Part shown: positions 1 to 10,182 of the stretch, piece by piece
How the letters are laid out: the number at the start of each line of letters is the position of its first letter
Position numbering within the stretch: position 1 is the stretch's first letter
Assembly (NCBI GenBank): GCA_963790475.1
Contig: CAWBOS010000010.1
Span: 672,001-736,000, forward strand
Length of the DNA: 64,000 nt
Reading direction: 5' to 3'
DNA from: an uncultured delta proteobacterium
GTDB taxonomy: Bacteria; Desulfobacterota; RBG-13-43-22
Position numbers and translations under genes: made by a program
The notes under the pieces: model-generated
What the model was told of the DNA's origin: nothing
The model's input: only the letters and a program-made list of their open reading frames with translations
Database searches by the model: none

Positions 1-20
1 TCCAACCAGACGGTTTGAAG

Positions 21-467
21 ATGACCCCGCGGATAAAAACGGTTTCCAAAATTGCCCGGATATTCGATCATCAAAAGGAAATCATTGAACTGCAGGTCAG
101 TGAAATTATGCACCGCCAAACCCTGGAGAAGGAAAGACTGGCCGTTCTTGAGATGGAGCTTCACGATAACGTTGATCGCTTTGATGAAAGCCTTAACGAT
201 CGAATTATCATGAACAGCGAAAAGGTGGCTTTTCTGTTCGGGATGGCTTCGACTATTTCAAATAAGATAGACCAGAAGAAAAAAGAAATAGACCAGATTG
301 AAAAAGAGCTAACGGCCCTGCGAGCGATATTTTGGGAGGCTTATAAAAAAAAGAAAGCCATCGAAATCTTTGAAAACAAAATCCTGGCTCAGGAAAGAAA
401 AACGGAATCGGTTTTGGAACAAAAAAATATGGACTATTTGAATCTTTCGAGCAGGTCAAGACAATGA
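21..467 (+). CDS. fliJ: Flagellar export chaperone FliJ
   Basis: ~148 aa charged coiled coil with C-terminal EQKNMD motif; at head of fliK-flgD-flgE block; ATG at 21 follows a TGA at 16-18 that probably ends the upstream gene. Confidence 0.75.
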   Translation: MTPRIKTVSKIARIFDHQKEIIELQVSEIMHRQTLEKERLAVLEMELHDNVDRFDESLNDRIIMNSEKVAFLFGMASTISNKIDQKKKEIDQIEKELTALRAIFWEAYKKKKAIEIFENKILAQERKTESVLEQKNMDYLNLSSRSRQ

Positions 468-940
468 AAAAAATTATCATCGGGCTCATATTCGTTTTTT
501 CAGGGGTTTCAATCTCCAATTTTCTCCCGGCCTATGGTCAGGAGGACCCGGGCAAAATTATCGACCAAAAACGCCAAGAACTAACTGAGAAAGAGAGGCG
601 GCTTAAAAGCGAGGAAGAGCGAATAAAGAATATCGAAAAAGAAGTGGAAGCCAAGATTCAAAAGCTGAACCAACTGCTGAGCCAGATCGAAAACAATCTA
701 AGAAGACTGGCCGAGGTCCGATCGGAACGTATAGGACATCTTGTAAAAACCTTTGAAGCCATGCCTCCGGAAGAAGCAGCCGTCAGGCTGTCGAGCCTGG
801 ACAAGGCTCTCACCCTTCAAATTCTTTTTAAAATGAACAGCAAGAAGGCCGGACCTGTTATGGCTTTGATGGAACCCAAAAAAGTAGCCGAAATTGCCGA
901 GGCGATTTCCAAGACCGAGAAAAAAATTCCCACCCGATGA
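464..940 (+). CDS. MotE/MgtE-N-like periplasmic flagellar protein
   Basis: Signal peptide, coiled coil, then LVKTFEAMPPEEAA...KMNSKKAGPVMALMEPKKVAE motif; typical position after fliJ. Confidence 0.7.
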   Translation: MKKIIIGLIFVFSGVSISNFLPAYGQEDPGKIIDQKRQELTEKERRLKSEEERIKNIEKEVEAKIQKLNQLLSQIENNLRRLAEVRSERIGHLVKTFEAMPPEEAAVRLSSLDKALTLQILFKMNSKKAGPVMALMEPKKVAEIAEAISKTEKKIPTR

Positions 941-1141
941 AAACTTTTCCCAGGAAATAATCCCTCTCCTGAAAAGCTCTTCTATTTTTTCTTTGACGCT
1001 CTTAAAGTTATTCAACTCCCCAGGTTAATCAAGTCATCAATGTAATAAAATAATCAGTAATATCATATTGTTAATTTAGCATCGTTTCAACCCCCTCAAA
1101 TAAGAATACAATCTTTCTAATCTAAGGGAGTCAAAAAAGGC

Positions 1142-1157
1142 TGGCATGGTTATTGAT
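1142..1157 (+). promoter_or_regulatory. Putative sigma54 promoter for fliK-flgD-flgE
   Basis: TGGCATGGTTATTGAT: GG-N10-GA (GA instead of GC at -12); AT-rich upstream region. Confidence 0.5.
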
Positions 1158-1230
1158 AATTGCTGGGATAGTAGCGATTAATGGACTCAGGTAAAACTCA
1201 ACCCACAAAGAAACCTCAGAGCATGAATCC

Positions 1231-3051
1231 ATGGTTAACGGCTTGATGACGGGATTCTATTCGATGCGGAATGTTGAAAATATGGAAGCTGGAAGTCAAT
1301 TAATAGCAACAAGGAATAACGTTCTTGGAAAGTCTAGTCAAAAAAGTCAATCCGAAGACCGGGCCCCTGATTTTTTAATGGATGTTTTATCCAAACTCCT
1401 TGGATTCGTTAAACAAGATTCAGTGGAAAGCCTGGGAAATTCCAGGGAATTAAATGGACTCAGGAAAGAATCGCCAAACCTTTCCCCGGTCGAATCGGCA
1501 TTCCCCAAAGAGCAACCTGAAAATAAAACCAGTGTGGATCACGCATTAAGCTTCCCAATGGAGACCCCCGATATTAAAGATCAAATTAAGGGAAAGGGGG
1601 ATGGGGATCAAGAAAATAAAACCAACCAGTTTGACACCTTTCCTTCTTTAGAATCTTTTTTTACTGGGAAAGGGAATATTCTGAAAGATTTTCTCAATAA
1701 GACCGAAGAGGCTAATTCCAGTTTAAACAAGATCCTTCTCTTAGGCAAGGGGGAGGGGCCCCTTACTAAGTCCGATCAGTCTCCTGTTGATGGAACCCAG
1801 ACCCAACGGAAAGACTCCAAACAAGGGGGTCCCGGTTTAGTGAATCCTAAGGAGGAAATGTCGATTGGAGGACAAGGCGATAAGGAAATCTCTTCTAAGG
1901 AAACTGGCAATAATTCCAGTTTAAGCGGTGTCTTTCCCTTAAATATCGGGGAGGGACCTGTCACTCAATCCAATTCCTCTGTTGTCGATGAACCCCAACC
2001 CGGCGAGAAAGGTTCCGGAAAAGGAAGTCCCAGTTCAGTGAACTTGAATGATGAGAGTCTGGTCGAAGGACGTAGACTGAAAGGATCCCTCGATCGGAAA
2101 ACTGGATTAAATCCCAGTTTGGATGATAACCTTCTCATAAATAAATGGAAAACGTTTGTCGAAAAAATTTCCGAACCTCTGGCTGTCGGACCTGACCGGA
2201 ATATCGCCGACCCCGAGGAGGAGAAGTTGGGGTTTAAAAAATCTATTGAGCACACGCCGGGGAAGGATAACCTTAAAAGAGAGGAATTTTATGTCGAAAC
2301 AACAAAGGTCCAGCCCACTCAGGATAAGCAATCTTTCAATTCTATTAGAATTCAAAAGGTGGAAGGGGAGCCCTCAGAAAATGGGAAGGAAAAGCAACCA
2401 GGGGTACCCTTATTTATAAAAGAAGGTTTTTGGAGAGATCCAGGGGGTCCTTTGGCGGTTGAAGACCAAGAAGTTCCGGAAATGAACTTTGACTTTGAAA
2501 GGTTCAATAATAAGTCATTGTCCCAAGGCGGAGATATACTGTCGGTTAAAGGGTCTGGTCCAGTTCAAATTTCCCCTATGGATCTGAAGGACCAGTCCCT
2601 TCGGGATTCGACCGGGACGGGAAAAATTATTATAGATAAACATGAGCCGCTCAATCATTTTCCAAAAACTCTTGAATTAGATTCTCTCAAAGATCACTAT
2701 TTCTCTGTGAAAAAACAGACCTCATCTTCCATGGAAATTTCTCTTGAACCGGCTGGATTGGGAAAGTTAGATATCGAATTGAAATTAACCCAGGACCGGC
2801 TCCAGGGCCAGATTATGGTCAACGATACCGCAGGGAAGGAGTTGATTGAAAAGAATCTTCCCCAACTCCTTTCAGATTTAACCCGTGAGGGCCTTCAGAT
2901 AGGGGGATTTACCGTTTCCCTAAAGAACCAGGGAAGAGGTCAAACTCCGGTCCCGATCCGGACTGAATTTAAAGAACCATCCTTGGTGACGGTGGGTCCT
3001 GAAAGGATTGTTCCCATCCAGGGAGATCATCTCGTCCACATTATTATTTAA
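1231..3051 (+). CDS. fliK: Flagellar hook-length control protein FliK
   Basis: Long low-complexity N-terminus plus C-terminal Flg_hook domain (ISLEPAGLGKLDIEL...LPQLLSDL); directly upstream of flgD; start codon uncertain. Confidence 0.85.
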   Translation: MVNGLMTGFYSMRNVENMEAGSQLIATRNNVLGKSSQKSQSEDRAPDFLMDVLSKLLGFVKQDSVESLGNSRELNGLRKESPNLSPVESAFPKEQPENKTSVDHALSFPMETPDIKDQIKGKGDGDQENKTNQFDTFPSLESFFTGKGNILKDFLNKTEEANSSLNKILLLGKGEGPLTKSDQSPVDGTQTQRKDSKQGGPGLVNPKEEMSIGGQGDKEISSKETGNNSSLSGVFPLNIGEGPVTQSNSSVVDEPQPGEKGSGKGSPSSVNLNDESLVEGRRLKGSLDRKTGLNPSLDDNLLINKWKTFVEKISEPLAVGPDRNIADPEEEKLGFKKSIEHTPGKDNLKREEFYVETTKVQPTQDKQSFNSIRIQKVEGEPSENGKEKQPGVPLFIKEGFWRDPGGPLAVEDQEVPEMNFDFERFNNKSLSQGGDILSVKGSGPVQISPMDLKDQSLRDSTGTGKIIIDKHEPLNHFPKTLELDSLKDHYFSVKKQTSSSMEISLEPAGLGKLDIELKLTQDRLQGQIMVNDTAGKELIEKNLPQLLSDLTREGLQIGGFTVSLKNQGRGQTPVPIRTEFKEPSLVTVGPERIVPIQGDHLVHIII

Positions 3052-3062
3052 AGGAGGCGCAT

Positions 3063-3482
3063 ATGGCAATTTTACCGATAACCAGCAGTACTGCCGACAT
3101 AAATACCACAAACACCGGCACCACAGCTAAAAGCGGTACCAATACCTTGGATAAGGATGCCTTTTTAAAACTATTTACCACCCAGTTAAGATACCAAGAC
3201 CCTTTAAATCCCATGGACAGTACTGCCTTCCTCACCCAAATGGCCCAATTCACTTCCCTGGAGCAACTTTATAACGTCAATACCAATTTAACCAACATGG
3301 TTTCCTCACAAAATACCCTTCTCCAGGGCATGTCCGTAAACCTGATTGGTAAGACGGTTACCTTACAGGATGGATCTTCCGGTCAAGTCACCGGGATCAG
3401 TTTTGAAGGCGCAAATACCAGTGTGGTGCTCAATAACCAAAAAACGGTTTTATTAACCGAAATTAAAAAAGTATCAAGCTAA
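3063..3482 (+). CDS. flgD: Hook capping protein FlgD
   Basis: FLKLFTTQLRYQDPLNPMDSTAFLTQMAQFTSLEQ signature. Confidence 0.95.
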   Translation: MAILPITSSTADINTTNTGTTAKSGTNTLDKDAFLKLFTTQLRYQDPLNPMDSTAFLTQMAQFTSLEQLYNVNTNLTNMVSSQNTLLQGMSVNLIGKTVTLQDGSSGQVTGISFEGANTSVVLNNQKTVLLTEIKKVSS

Positions 3483-3497
3483 AGGAGGTAACAAATT

Positions 3498-4802
3498 ATG
3501 ATGACATCTCTTTATACCGGGATCAGCGGGATGAATGCCAATGGTACGGCCTTGGCGGTTATTGGGGACAATATCGCCAACCTGAATACCGATGGGTTTA
3601 AGAGTAGCCGGATTACCTTTGGAGACGTATTGAGTCAAACCGTTTCCGGAGGGGCCGGTTCTTCTCAAGTCGGCCGGGGGGTGATGATCAAGGAGGTTGC
3701 GACCCAGTTCACCCAGGGGGCCTTTGAGAGCACCGGTAATGCCCTCGACCTGGCTATTGACGGCGATGGATTTTTCCAGGTCAGGAATGGAAACGCCAAA
3801 TTATACACCCGTGCCGGACAGTTCTCCTTAGATAAGGATGGGAAGGTGGTCAATCCGGACGGCTACGTCCTACAGGCCTTCCTGGCCGATGCCTCCGGAA
3901 AAATCAGCGGGACCATTGGGGATCTGGTTTTTTCCAATGCACCGAGTCAGGCCGAACCGACGACCTCCTCCGAAGTTGCCGTCAATTTGAACGCCAGTGA
4001 AACTGCGCAAACAACTGCCTTTACCCTGGACGGGAATGGAGATGGCGTTAATGATGATCCAGCTAATTATAACAGTTCTACGACCGTCAGCGTCTATGAT
4101 TCTTTGGGAGGAGACCACAAGGTAACTCTGTATTTTTCCAAAACGGCGGCCAATACCTGGGAGGTCAATTATGTTTACGACAATCCGGATACGGCAGATC
4201 CCAACAAACTGGTTCTGGCTGGAACGCAAGCCCTCAGTTTTGATACCGACGGCGCCTTAATCGATGATAACAGCGGGACACCCATTACTTTTGATTTCGG
4301 AACGAGTGTTGTATCCCCCCAGTCCATTTCCTTCAATTTCGGCACCGGCACCGGGGAAACTCCGGCTGGAACCGGTTTTGACGGCACCACCCAGTATGAA
4401 TCCACTTTCAGTGTATCTAATGCCACCCAAAACGGTTACGGGGCTGGAACATTTAAAAACATCACCTTTAATGAAAACGGTACTGTTTCCGCTGTCTTTA
4501 CCAACGGCCAGTCGAGAGTTATCGGGCAGATGGCCTTGGGTCGGTTTCTGGACCCTGGCAGCTTGAGCAAATTAGGGCGAAACATGTTTGCCGAAACCTA
4601 TGATTCCGGTCCGGCGGTTATCGGCGCCCCCGAAGAGTCAGGGATCGGACGGCTGTTATCCAATACCCTGGAATTAAGTAACGTGGATCTGGCCCAGGAA
4701 TTTGTTAAAATGATTGCCGCCCAAAGGGCCTTTCAAGCCAACTCCAAGATCATTACCACAACGGACGAGATGATGCAGGAATTGGTCAATCTTAAAAGGT
4801 AA
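3498..4802 (+). CDS. flgE: Flagellar hook protein FlgE
   Basis: IGDNIANLNTDGFK N-terminus, YTRAGQF, LELSNVDLAQEFVKMIAAQRAFQAN C-terminus. Confidence 0.97.
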   Translation: MMTSLYTGISGMNANGTALAVIGDNIANLNTDGFKSSRITFGDVLSQTVSGGAGSSQVGRGVMIKEVATQFTQGAFESTGNALDLAIDGDGFFQVRNGNAKLYTRAGQFSLDKDGKVVNPDGYVLQAFLADASGKISGTIGDLVFSNAPSQAEPTTSSEVAVNLNASETAQTTAFTLDGNGDGVNDDPANYNSSTTVSVYDSLGGDHKVTLYFSKTAANTWEVNYVYDNPDTADPNKLVLAGTQALSFDTDGALIDDNSGTPITFDFGTSVVSPQSISFNFGTGTGETPAGTGFDGTTQYESTFSVSNATQNGYGAGTFKNITFNENGTVSAVFTNGQSRVIGQMALGRFLDPGSLSKLGRNMFAETYDSGPAVIGAPEESGIGRLLSNTLELSNVDLAQEFVKMIAAQRAFQANSKIITTTDEMMQELVNLKR

Positions 4803-4831
4803 GAATTTCCTTTTGGTCAACCTTTAAGAAG

Positions 4832-4865
4832 AGGGGAAAAGAGCTTCGGTGCCTTTCCCCTTTTT
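4832..4865 (+). terminator. Intrinsic terminator after flgE
   Basis: AGGGGAAA...TTTCCCCT stem around a TTCG-containing loop, followed by T-tract. Confidence 0.7.
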
Positions 4866-5160
4866 GGCTTCTTGCTAAAGCTTAGGTGGATATTTTTGAA
4901 TCTTTCCCTCTTCAGTTGTTAAACTCCGGTCGGTAATTCAATCCAGCCATCGGCAGTAATAACCTCCCAACTGCCGAAGTCCCTATTCAGTCTTTGATGT
5001 ACCGGCAGCTGCTTGAAAATTTTTTGCATTACCATTCCATTGACCTAACTTTATTCCCATCTCCCATATCAACAAGAATACCAAGTCATTTCTTTGACGT
5101 TCAAGTTCCTTCTGGAATGGGTAATTATAAGAAATTGAATATTTTAAATAGGTTAAAATT

Positions 5161-5176
5161 AGGCATGATTTTTGAA
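5161..5176 (+). promoter_or_regulatory. Putative sigma54 promoter for the fliL operon
   Basis: AGGCATGATTTTTGAA (GG-N10-GA); palindrome GTCATTTCTTTGAC at 5085-5098 upstream. Confidence 0.5.
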
Positions 5177-5254
5177 ATACTAAAAGAAAACGAAATCAAT
5201 TACGCAGTTTATTCCAACCAACACCTTGATTGTTTCCTGTAGAAGGATTGACCA

Positions 5255-5764
5255 ATGAACGAGGAAAAAGAAGATATCATGATTGACGACCTGGAAGAAG
5301 GTTCTTCTGAAACTGAAAAAGCCTCCCCCAAGGGCCTGGGGATGAAGACCATGATCATTCTGGGGGGCTTGATCCTGATTTTATGCGCCGGTGGGTATTT
5401 GGGTTATACCTTGCTTTTTGTGGAGAAAAGCAAGGCGGAAAAGATCGAGGAGAAAAAGGCCAAGGAGAAAATGGTTCTTTTTTCAATGGATCCTTTCGTG
5501 CTGAATCTTTCAGACCCCGGAAGACATTTGAAAGTGGCCGTCCAATTTGAATTAATTCGTGAAGAAGATGAACTAAAAGTCAAAGAGAGGGGGCCAAAAT
5601 TGCGGGATACCATCATTATGTTGTTCAGCAGTAAAACGACGGATTCTGTATCTTCGCCTGAAGGAAAATTCCAATTGAAAGACGAGATCCTGCTCCGGGC
5701 CAACCAGGCCATGGAAAAGGAAGTTTTCAGAAATGTCTACTTTACGGATTTTGTGATGCAATGA
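5255..5764 (+). CDS. fliL: Flagellar basal body protein FliL
   Basis: Single TM helix, PFVLNL, LRDTII, VYFTDFVMQ C-terminus. Confidence 0.95.
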   Translation: MNEEKEDIMIDDLEEGSSETEKASPKGLGMKTMIILGGLILILCAGGYLGYTLLFVEKSKAEKIEEKKAKEKMVLFSMDPFVLNLSDPGRHLKVAVQFELIREEDELKVKERGPKLRDTIIMLFSSKTTDSVSSPEGKFQLKDEILLRANQAMEKEVFRNVYFTDFVMQ

Positions 5765-6735
5765 ACAATCTACTTTCGCAAGATGAAGTGGATGCCCTGT
5801 TGAAGGGCATGGATTCGGGGGAGATCGAAACTGAGTCCAAGAAAGAGGCCTCCTACGAAGTACGGACCTTTGACTTCACCAGTCATGAGCGGGTTATTCG
5901 GGGTCGGATGCCCGGGCTGGAAATGGCCAACGAACGTTTTGGGCGTTTTTTCCGAAATTCCATTTCCGGCATACTTATGAAGTTTGTTGACGTTACCATT
6001 CAGGGTCACGATTTAATAAAATTCGGGGAATTTATGAGGACCCTGCCCCTTCCATCGAGTATCAATATCTTCAAGATGGAACCCTTAAAAGGATTTGCCC
6101 TGGTGGTGATTGAAGCCCCGATGGTTTTTGCCTTTATCGATCAATTTTTTGGCGGTGGAAGTAAGCCCTGGGTGAAAAGTGAAGGGCGGTATTTTACTCC
6201 TATTGAACAAAAAATTATCAAAAAAATTGTGGACACCGCATTAAAAGATTTGGCCGAGGCCTGGCAGGGGATCTTTCCTATGGTACCGGAACACATCAGT
6301 TCCGAAATGAACCCGCAGTTTGTGACTATTGTCACCCCCTCTGAAGCGGTCATCAGGATTGAGATTCATATTGAGATAGAAAATTTTGTCGGTAAGCTCT
6401 TTTTCTGTATTCCTTACTCAATCGTAGAACCGGTTAAGGATAAGTTGTTCTCGGGCATCCGAAACGATGTACTGGCCAGTGATGAACGATGGATCGCCAG
6501 ATTAAGGGAAATTTTGAAGGAATCATTTGTCAATCTTCAAGTAGACATGGGAAGCGCGGAATTGTCCCTGCGGGACCTGGTCAATATGGAAAAGGGCAAT
6601 GTGATCACGCTACAGACCTCGGTATCCGATGAATTGATCATTCGGGTGGAAGGGATCCCCAAAATGAAAGGGACCGCCGGTTCCTACCGAGGGAATCAAG
6701 GGATTAAAGTTACAAAAATTATTGAAAATAATTGA
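5761..6735 (+). CDS. fliM: Motor switch protein FliM
   Basis: LLSQDEVDALL CheY-binding motif; SEMNPQFV; C-terminal SPOA domain. Confidence 0.97.
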   Translation: MNNLLSQDEVDALLKGMDSGEIETESKKEASYEVRTFDFTSHERVIRGRMPGLEMANERFGRFFRNSISGILMKFVDVTIQGHDLIKFGEFMRTLPLPSSINIFKMEPLKGFALVVIEAPMVFAFIDQFFGGGSKPWVKSEGRYFTPIEQKIIKKIVDTALKDLAEAWQGIFPMVPEHISSEMNPQFVTIVTPSEAVIRIEIHIEIENFVGKLFFCIPYSIVEPVKDKLFSGIRNDVLASDERWIARLREILKESFVNLQVDMGSAELSLRDLVNMEKGNVITLQTSVSDELIIRVEGIPKMKGTAGSYRGNQGIKVTKIIENN

Positions 6736-6744
6736 GGAGCGGGC

Positions 6745-7080
6745 ATGGAACAAAAAGCGGAATCCAAGGAACAGGAAATAAGTTTTGAAGAGCTTAACGA
6801 GAATAAGTCCTCCGGTCCTGCGCGTGACTTAGAGTTTCTCCTGGACATCCCCTTATTGGTTTCCGTAGAGCTGGGGAGGACCAAAATGCTGATCAACGAT
6901 CTTTTGCAATTAGGGCAGGGTTCGGTAGTCGAATTGGAAAAGCTAGCCGGCGAACCGATGGAGATTTATGTGAACAGCCGGTTGATTGCCCGGGGGGAAG
7001 TCGTCGTGGTCAATGAAAAATTCGGTGTCCGACTTACTGATATCGTCAGTCCTTCTGAAAGGGTCAGGCAGCTGAGATGA
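6745..7080 (+). CDS. fliN: Motor switch protein FliN
   Basis: DIPLLVSVELGRT...ARGEVVVVNEKFGVRLTDI. Confidence 0.97.
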   Translation: MEQKAESKEQEISFEELNENKSSGPARDLEFLLDIPLLVSVELGRTKMLINDLLQLGQGSVVELEKLAGEPMEIYVNSRLIARGEVVVVNEKFGVRLTDIVSPSERVRQLR

Positions 7081-7391
7081 TTGAAAACTCCCTCACCTTT
7101 ATTACAGCCTTGGTAGGGTTGATCCTATCGATGGTGGTTCTCGGGGTTTTATATAAGAGGAAACAAAAGCAATCTCATATCTTCCATATGGTGGCTTACC
7201 AATCGCTCGGTTCTAAAAAAGGAGTCGCTGCCCTTCAGGTGGGCAATGAGATTCTACTGCTCGGCATCATGCCTAACGGCTTAAGGGTTTTAAAGACGAT
7301 GGAAGCCAAGGAAGTGATCGAGGACCGGGAAGCCTCTTATTCCGACCGGATGGAAAAGCTGAGAAAGCTTAAAGAGGAAATCGATGAATAA
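7077..7391 (+). CDS. fliO: Flagellar biogenesis protein FliO
   Basis: N-terminal [23 protein letters not shown] motif; between fliN and fliP. Confidence 0.8.
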   Translation: MIENSLTFITALVGLILSMVVLGVLYKRKQKQSHIFHMVAYQSLGSKKGVAALQVGNEILLLGIMPNGLRVLKTMEAKEVIEDREASYSDRMEKLRKLKEEIDE

Positions 7392-8043
7392 CATTCCGGA
7401 TATCGGTAAAGGTCTTGATCTGAATAATCCTGTCTTGTCGATTTTTTTTATCATCAGCCTCTTGTCCCTCCTGCCGGCTATCCTGGTCATGCTCACCTCT
7501 TTTACCCGGATCGTGGTGGTTCTGACCTTGTTACGACAAGGATTGGGAAGCCCGCAAATCCCTCCCAATCCGGTCATCATCGGCCTCTCTTTATTTCTGA
7601 CTTTATTCATTATGTCTCCGACCATCAGCGCGATCAATACCGACGCCATTCAGCCCTTTTCCGAAAAAAAAATCACCATGACCGAGGCCTTTAACCGGGC
7701 CGAACCCTCCATTAAAAAATTCATGCTCAAGCAGACTCGGCAAAAGGATATCGCCCTTTTTGTCAAGCTGGCCAAGGAAAAGGTGCCCACGCAACCAGGT
7801 GATGTACCCCTGAAGATATTGATTCCAGCTTTTGCCATCAGTGAGCTGAAGACGTCTTTTGAAATCGGCTTTTTGATTTTTCTGCCTTTTCTGGTCATTG
7901 ATATGGTGGTGGCCAGCATTTTATTGTCCATGGGGATGATGATGCTTCCCCCGGTAATGATATCGTTACCTTTCAAATTATTGTTGTTCGTCTTGGTGGA
8001 TGGTTGGAATTTATTAATCGGTTCCATTGTGAGGACTTTCTAA
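7384..8043 (+). CDS. fliP: Export apparatus protein FliP
   Basis: [38 protein letters not shown]. Confidence 0.97.
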   Translation: MNNIPDIGKGLDLNNPVLSIFFIISLLSLLPAILVMLTSFTRIVVVLTLLRQGLGSPQIPPNPVIIGLSLFLTLFIMSPTISAINTDAIQPFSEKKITMTEAFNRAEPSIKKFMLKQTRQKDIALFVKLAKEKVPTQPGDVPLKILIPAFAISELKTSFEIGFLIFLPFLVIDMVVASILLSMGMMMLPPVMISLPFKLLLFVLVDGWNLLIGSIVRTF

Positions 8044-8312
8044 TGAGTGTAGAGACCTTAAAAGAAATATTTTTGAATTTATTTATGACGATTCTCATCA
8101 CCGCCGGCCCAGTCCTGATGGTCAGTTTATTGGTAGGCCTGGTTATCAGCTTTCTACAGGCCGTGACCCAGATCCAGGAATTCACTTTGACCTTTGTCCC
8201 TAAAATCATTGCCGTCTTTGTTTGTTTTTATTTGATGCTGCCCTGGATGGCCAGAATTGTCACCCAATATACCGCGAACATCATTGAAAATATTCCCCTG
8301 TACATTAAATGA
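8043..8312 (+). CDS. fliQ: Export apparatus protein FliQ
   Basis: QAVTQIQEFTLTFVPKI; start placed at ATG 8043 overlapping the fliP stop (TAATG). Confidence 0.95.
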   Translation: MSVETLKEIFLNLFMTILITAGPVLMVSLLVGLVISFLQAVTQIQEFTLTFVPKIIAVFVCFYLMLPWMARIVTQYTANIIENIPLYIK

Positions 8313-8369
8313 AGACCACCGAAAAACGGATCCCCCCCTTTGGGGACTTCATCGTCAAGGATTAATAAC

Positions 8370-9131
8370 TTGGAAAACCCTTTTGTGTTAGCTAAATATT
8401 TTTCGAATTTTCTCATTCTCCTGATCCGTCTCGGGGTCATCTTGTTTCTTCTGCCCTTCTGGAGCGGAAAACAATTTCCCCGACTGTTTAAAATCGGATT
8501 TATCCTGGCCCTGGCTTATGTGCTCGCCCCGGTGATTCCCATGGAGATCAGGAACCAAGAGATTCCGATGATCGTCATCCAAGAACTCCTCTTAGGGGCA
8601 ACCCTGGGTTTTGGCGTAAAATTTATTTTCATGGCCGTGGAATTTGCCGGCACCATGATAAGTGATGCCATGGGCATTTCCATTGCCTCGGTATTCAATC
8701 CGGAAATGGGGCGGTCTACTGAAGTATCGACTATATTGGGGCTGATGGCCATGCTGCTTTTTTTGGCCCTGGATCTTCATCATGATTTGATAGCCATGAT
8801 TGTTAAAAGCTACGAGGTTTTGCCGGTAGGACACCTGCGGACTGACAATTTGTTGCTCAAAGGAATTTCGATCGGCGGGCAGGTTTTTGTTCTGGCCATT
8901 AAGATAGCCTCACCGATTCTGGTAGGCATGATCATTGTCAATGTCCTCATGGGGTTTATTTACAAGGCGGCCCCTCAGGTTAACATTTTTTTTGTCAGCA
9001 TACCGGTTTATGTGGTCATCGGGCTTTTGATATTATTCTTATCCACCCCCTTGTTGTTCAATTACCTCGGAGCTCAATTTTCGGGTCTAAAAGGAGAGAT
9101 CAACCGTATCCTAATCCTGGGAAAAGGATGA
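8370..9131 (+). CDS. fliR: Export apparatus protein FliR
   Basis: Hydrophobic protein with KAAPQVNIFFVSIP; between fliQ and flhB; TTG at 8370 preferred (AAGG upstream), ORF open from 8340. Confidence 0.92.
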   Translation: MENPFVLAKYFSNFLILLIRLGVILFLLPFWSGKQFPRLFKIGFILALAYVLAPVIPMEIRNQEIPMIVIQELLLGATLGFGVKFIFMAVEFAGTMISDAMGISIASVFNPEMGRSTEVSTILGLMAMLLFLALDLHHDLIAMIVKSYEVLPVGHLRTDNLLLKGISIGGQVFVLAIKIASPILVGMIIVNVLMGFIYKAAPQVNIFFVSIPVYVVIGLLILFLSTPLLFNYLGAQFSGLKGEINRILILGKG

Positions 9132-9141
9132 TCCAATAGAA

Positions 9142-10182
9142 ATGGCTGAGAACCAGGACAAAACCGAAAAAGCAACCCCGCGAAGACGACAAAAGGCTCG
9201 GGAGAAAGGTCAGGTGCCCAGGAGCCGTGACCTGGTCTCCATCGCCAATATCGGAGGGATTCTCCTGGTGTTCTATTTCGGAATAAAACCTTTTTGGGAA
9301 AGAATGAGTAGAACCACGACCTCCTTATTGAGCTTACACTATGGACAGGACCCCTTTGTGGTTTTTCGAATGGTCACGGTGGAAACGATCCTAGTACTCC
9401 TTCCTTTTTTCCTGGTCATCCTGGCCGCCTCGATAGGGTTCAATCTCATTCAGGGAGGATTGGTCTTCAAACCTGTCCAGTTCGAAATGAAGAAAATAAA
9501 TCCCTTGGCCGGGTTTAAAAACATCTATTCGGTCAATGGGATGACGGAAGCCTTTAAGAGCCTGATCAAGTTTTCTGTAGGGGTCTTTCTTATTTATCAT
9601 TTTATAAAAAAAAGTCTGGAGATCTTCCCCTATTTAATGACCCTGGAATTGTTGGAATTGGCCCAAGTCGCTGGCGGGTTGATTTTAAGAGCTTTTGTTT
9701 ATGGGTTCTTCTTTTATCTGTCTCTGGCTATTCTCGATTTTTTTATGCAAAAAAAGAAATTCGAACGGTCTTTGAGGATGAGTAAGCAGGAAATCAAGGA
9801 GGAATCCAAAGAAATAGAAGGGAACCCACTGATTAAATCCCGGGTTCGAAGTTTGCAGAGGGAAATGGCCAGAAGACGTATGATGGCCGAAGTTCCCAAG
9901 GCCACCGTGATCATTACCAATCCGCAACATCTCGCCGTCGCCCTTTGCTATCAGGAAAAGAAACTGGCGGCTCCCAGAGTAGTAGCCAAGGGGGCGGGTT
10001 TGGTGGCCCAAAAAATAAAGGAAGTGGCCCGTCGGCACGGGATTCCCATCGTGGAGGATAAACCTCTGGCGCGCTTATTGTTTCCCTTGGATTTGAATGC
10101 CTTTATTCCCCCAGACCTTTATAAGGCAGTGGCCAAGATCATCGCCCACCTTTATAAGATGAAGAATAGAAGGGCCGTATGA
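9142..10182 (+). CDS. flhB: Export switch protein FlhB
   Basis: DKTEKATPRR N-terminus; TNPQH autocleavage motif (canonical NPTH). Confidence 0.96.
   Translation: MAENQDKTEKATPRRRQKAREKGQVPRSRDLVSIANIGGILLVFYFGIKPFWERMSRTTTSLLSLHYGQDPFVVFRMVTVETILVLLPFFLVILAASIGFNLIQGGLVFKPVQFEMKKINPLAGFKNIYSVNGMTEAFKSLIKFSVGVFLIYHFIKKSLEIFPYLMTLELLELAQVAGGLILRAFVYGFFFYLSLAILDFFMQKKKFERSLRMSKQEIKEESKEIEGNPLIKSRVRSLQREMARRRMMAEVPKATVIITNPQHLAVALCYQEKKLAAPRVVAKGAGLVAQKIKEVARRHGIPIVEDKPLARLLFPLDLNAFIPPDLYKAVAKIIAHLYKMKNRRAV

Noticed and set aside
4950-4977. TCGGCAGT...ACTGCCGA inverted repeat
   Set aside because: Single 8-bp stem with no U-tract or second copy seen; function unsupported
4994-5242. 82-aa ORF upstream of fliL
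   Set aside because: Overlaps the sigma54 promoter and activator-like box; no RBS or family motif
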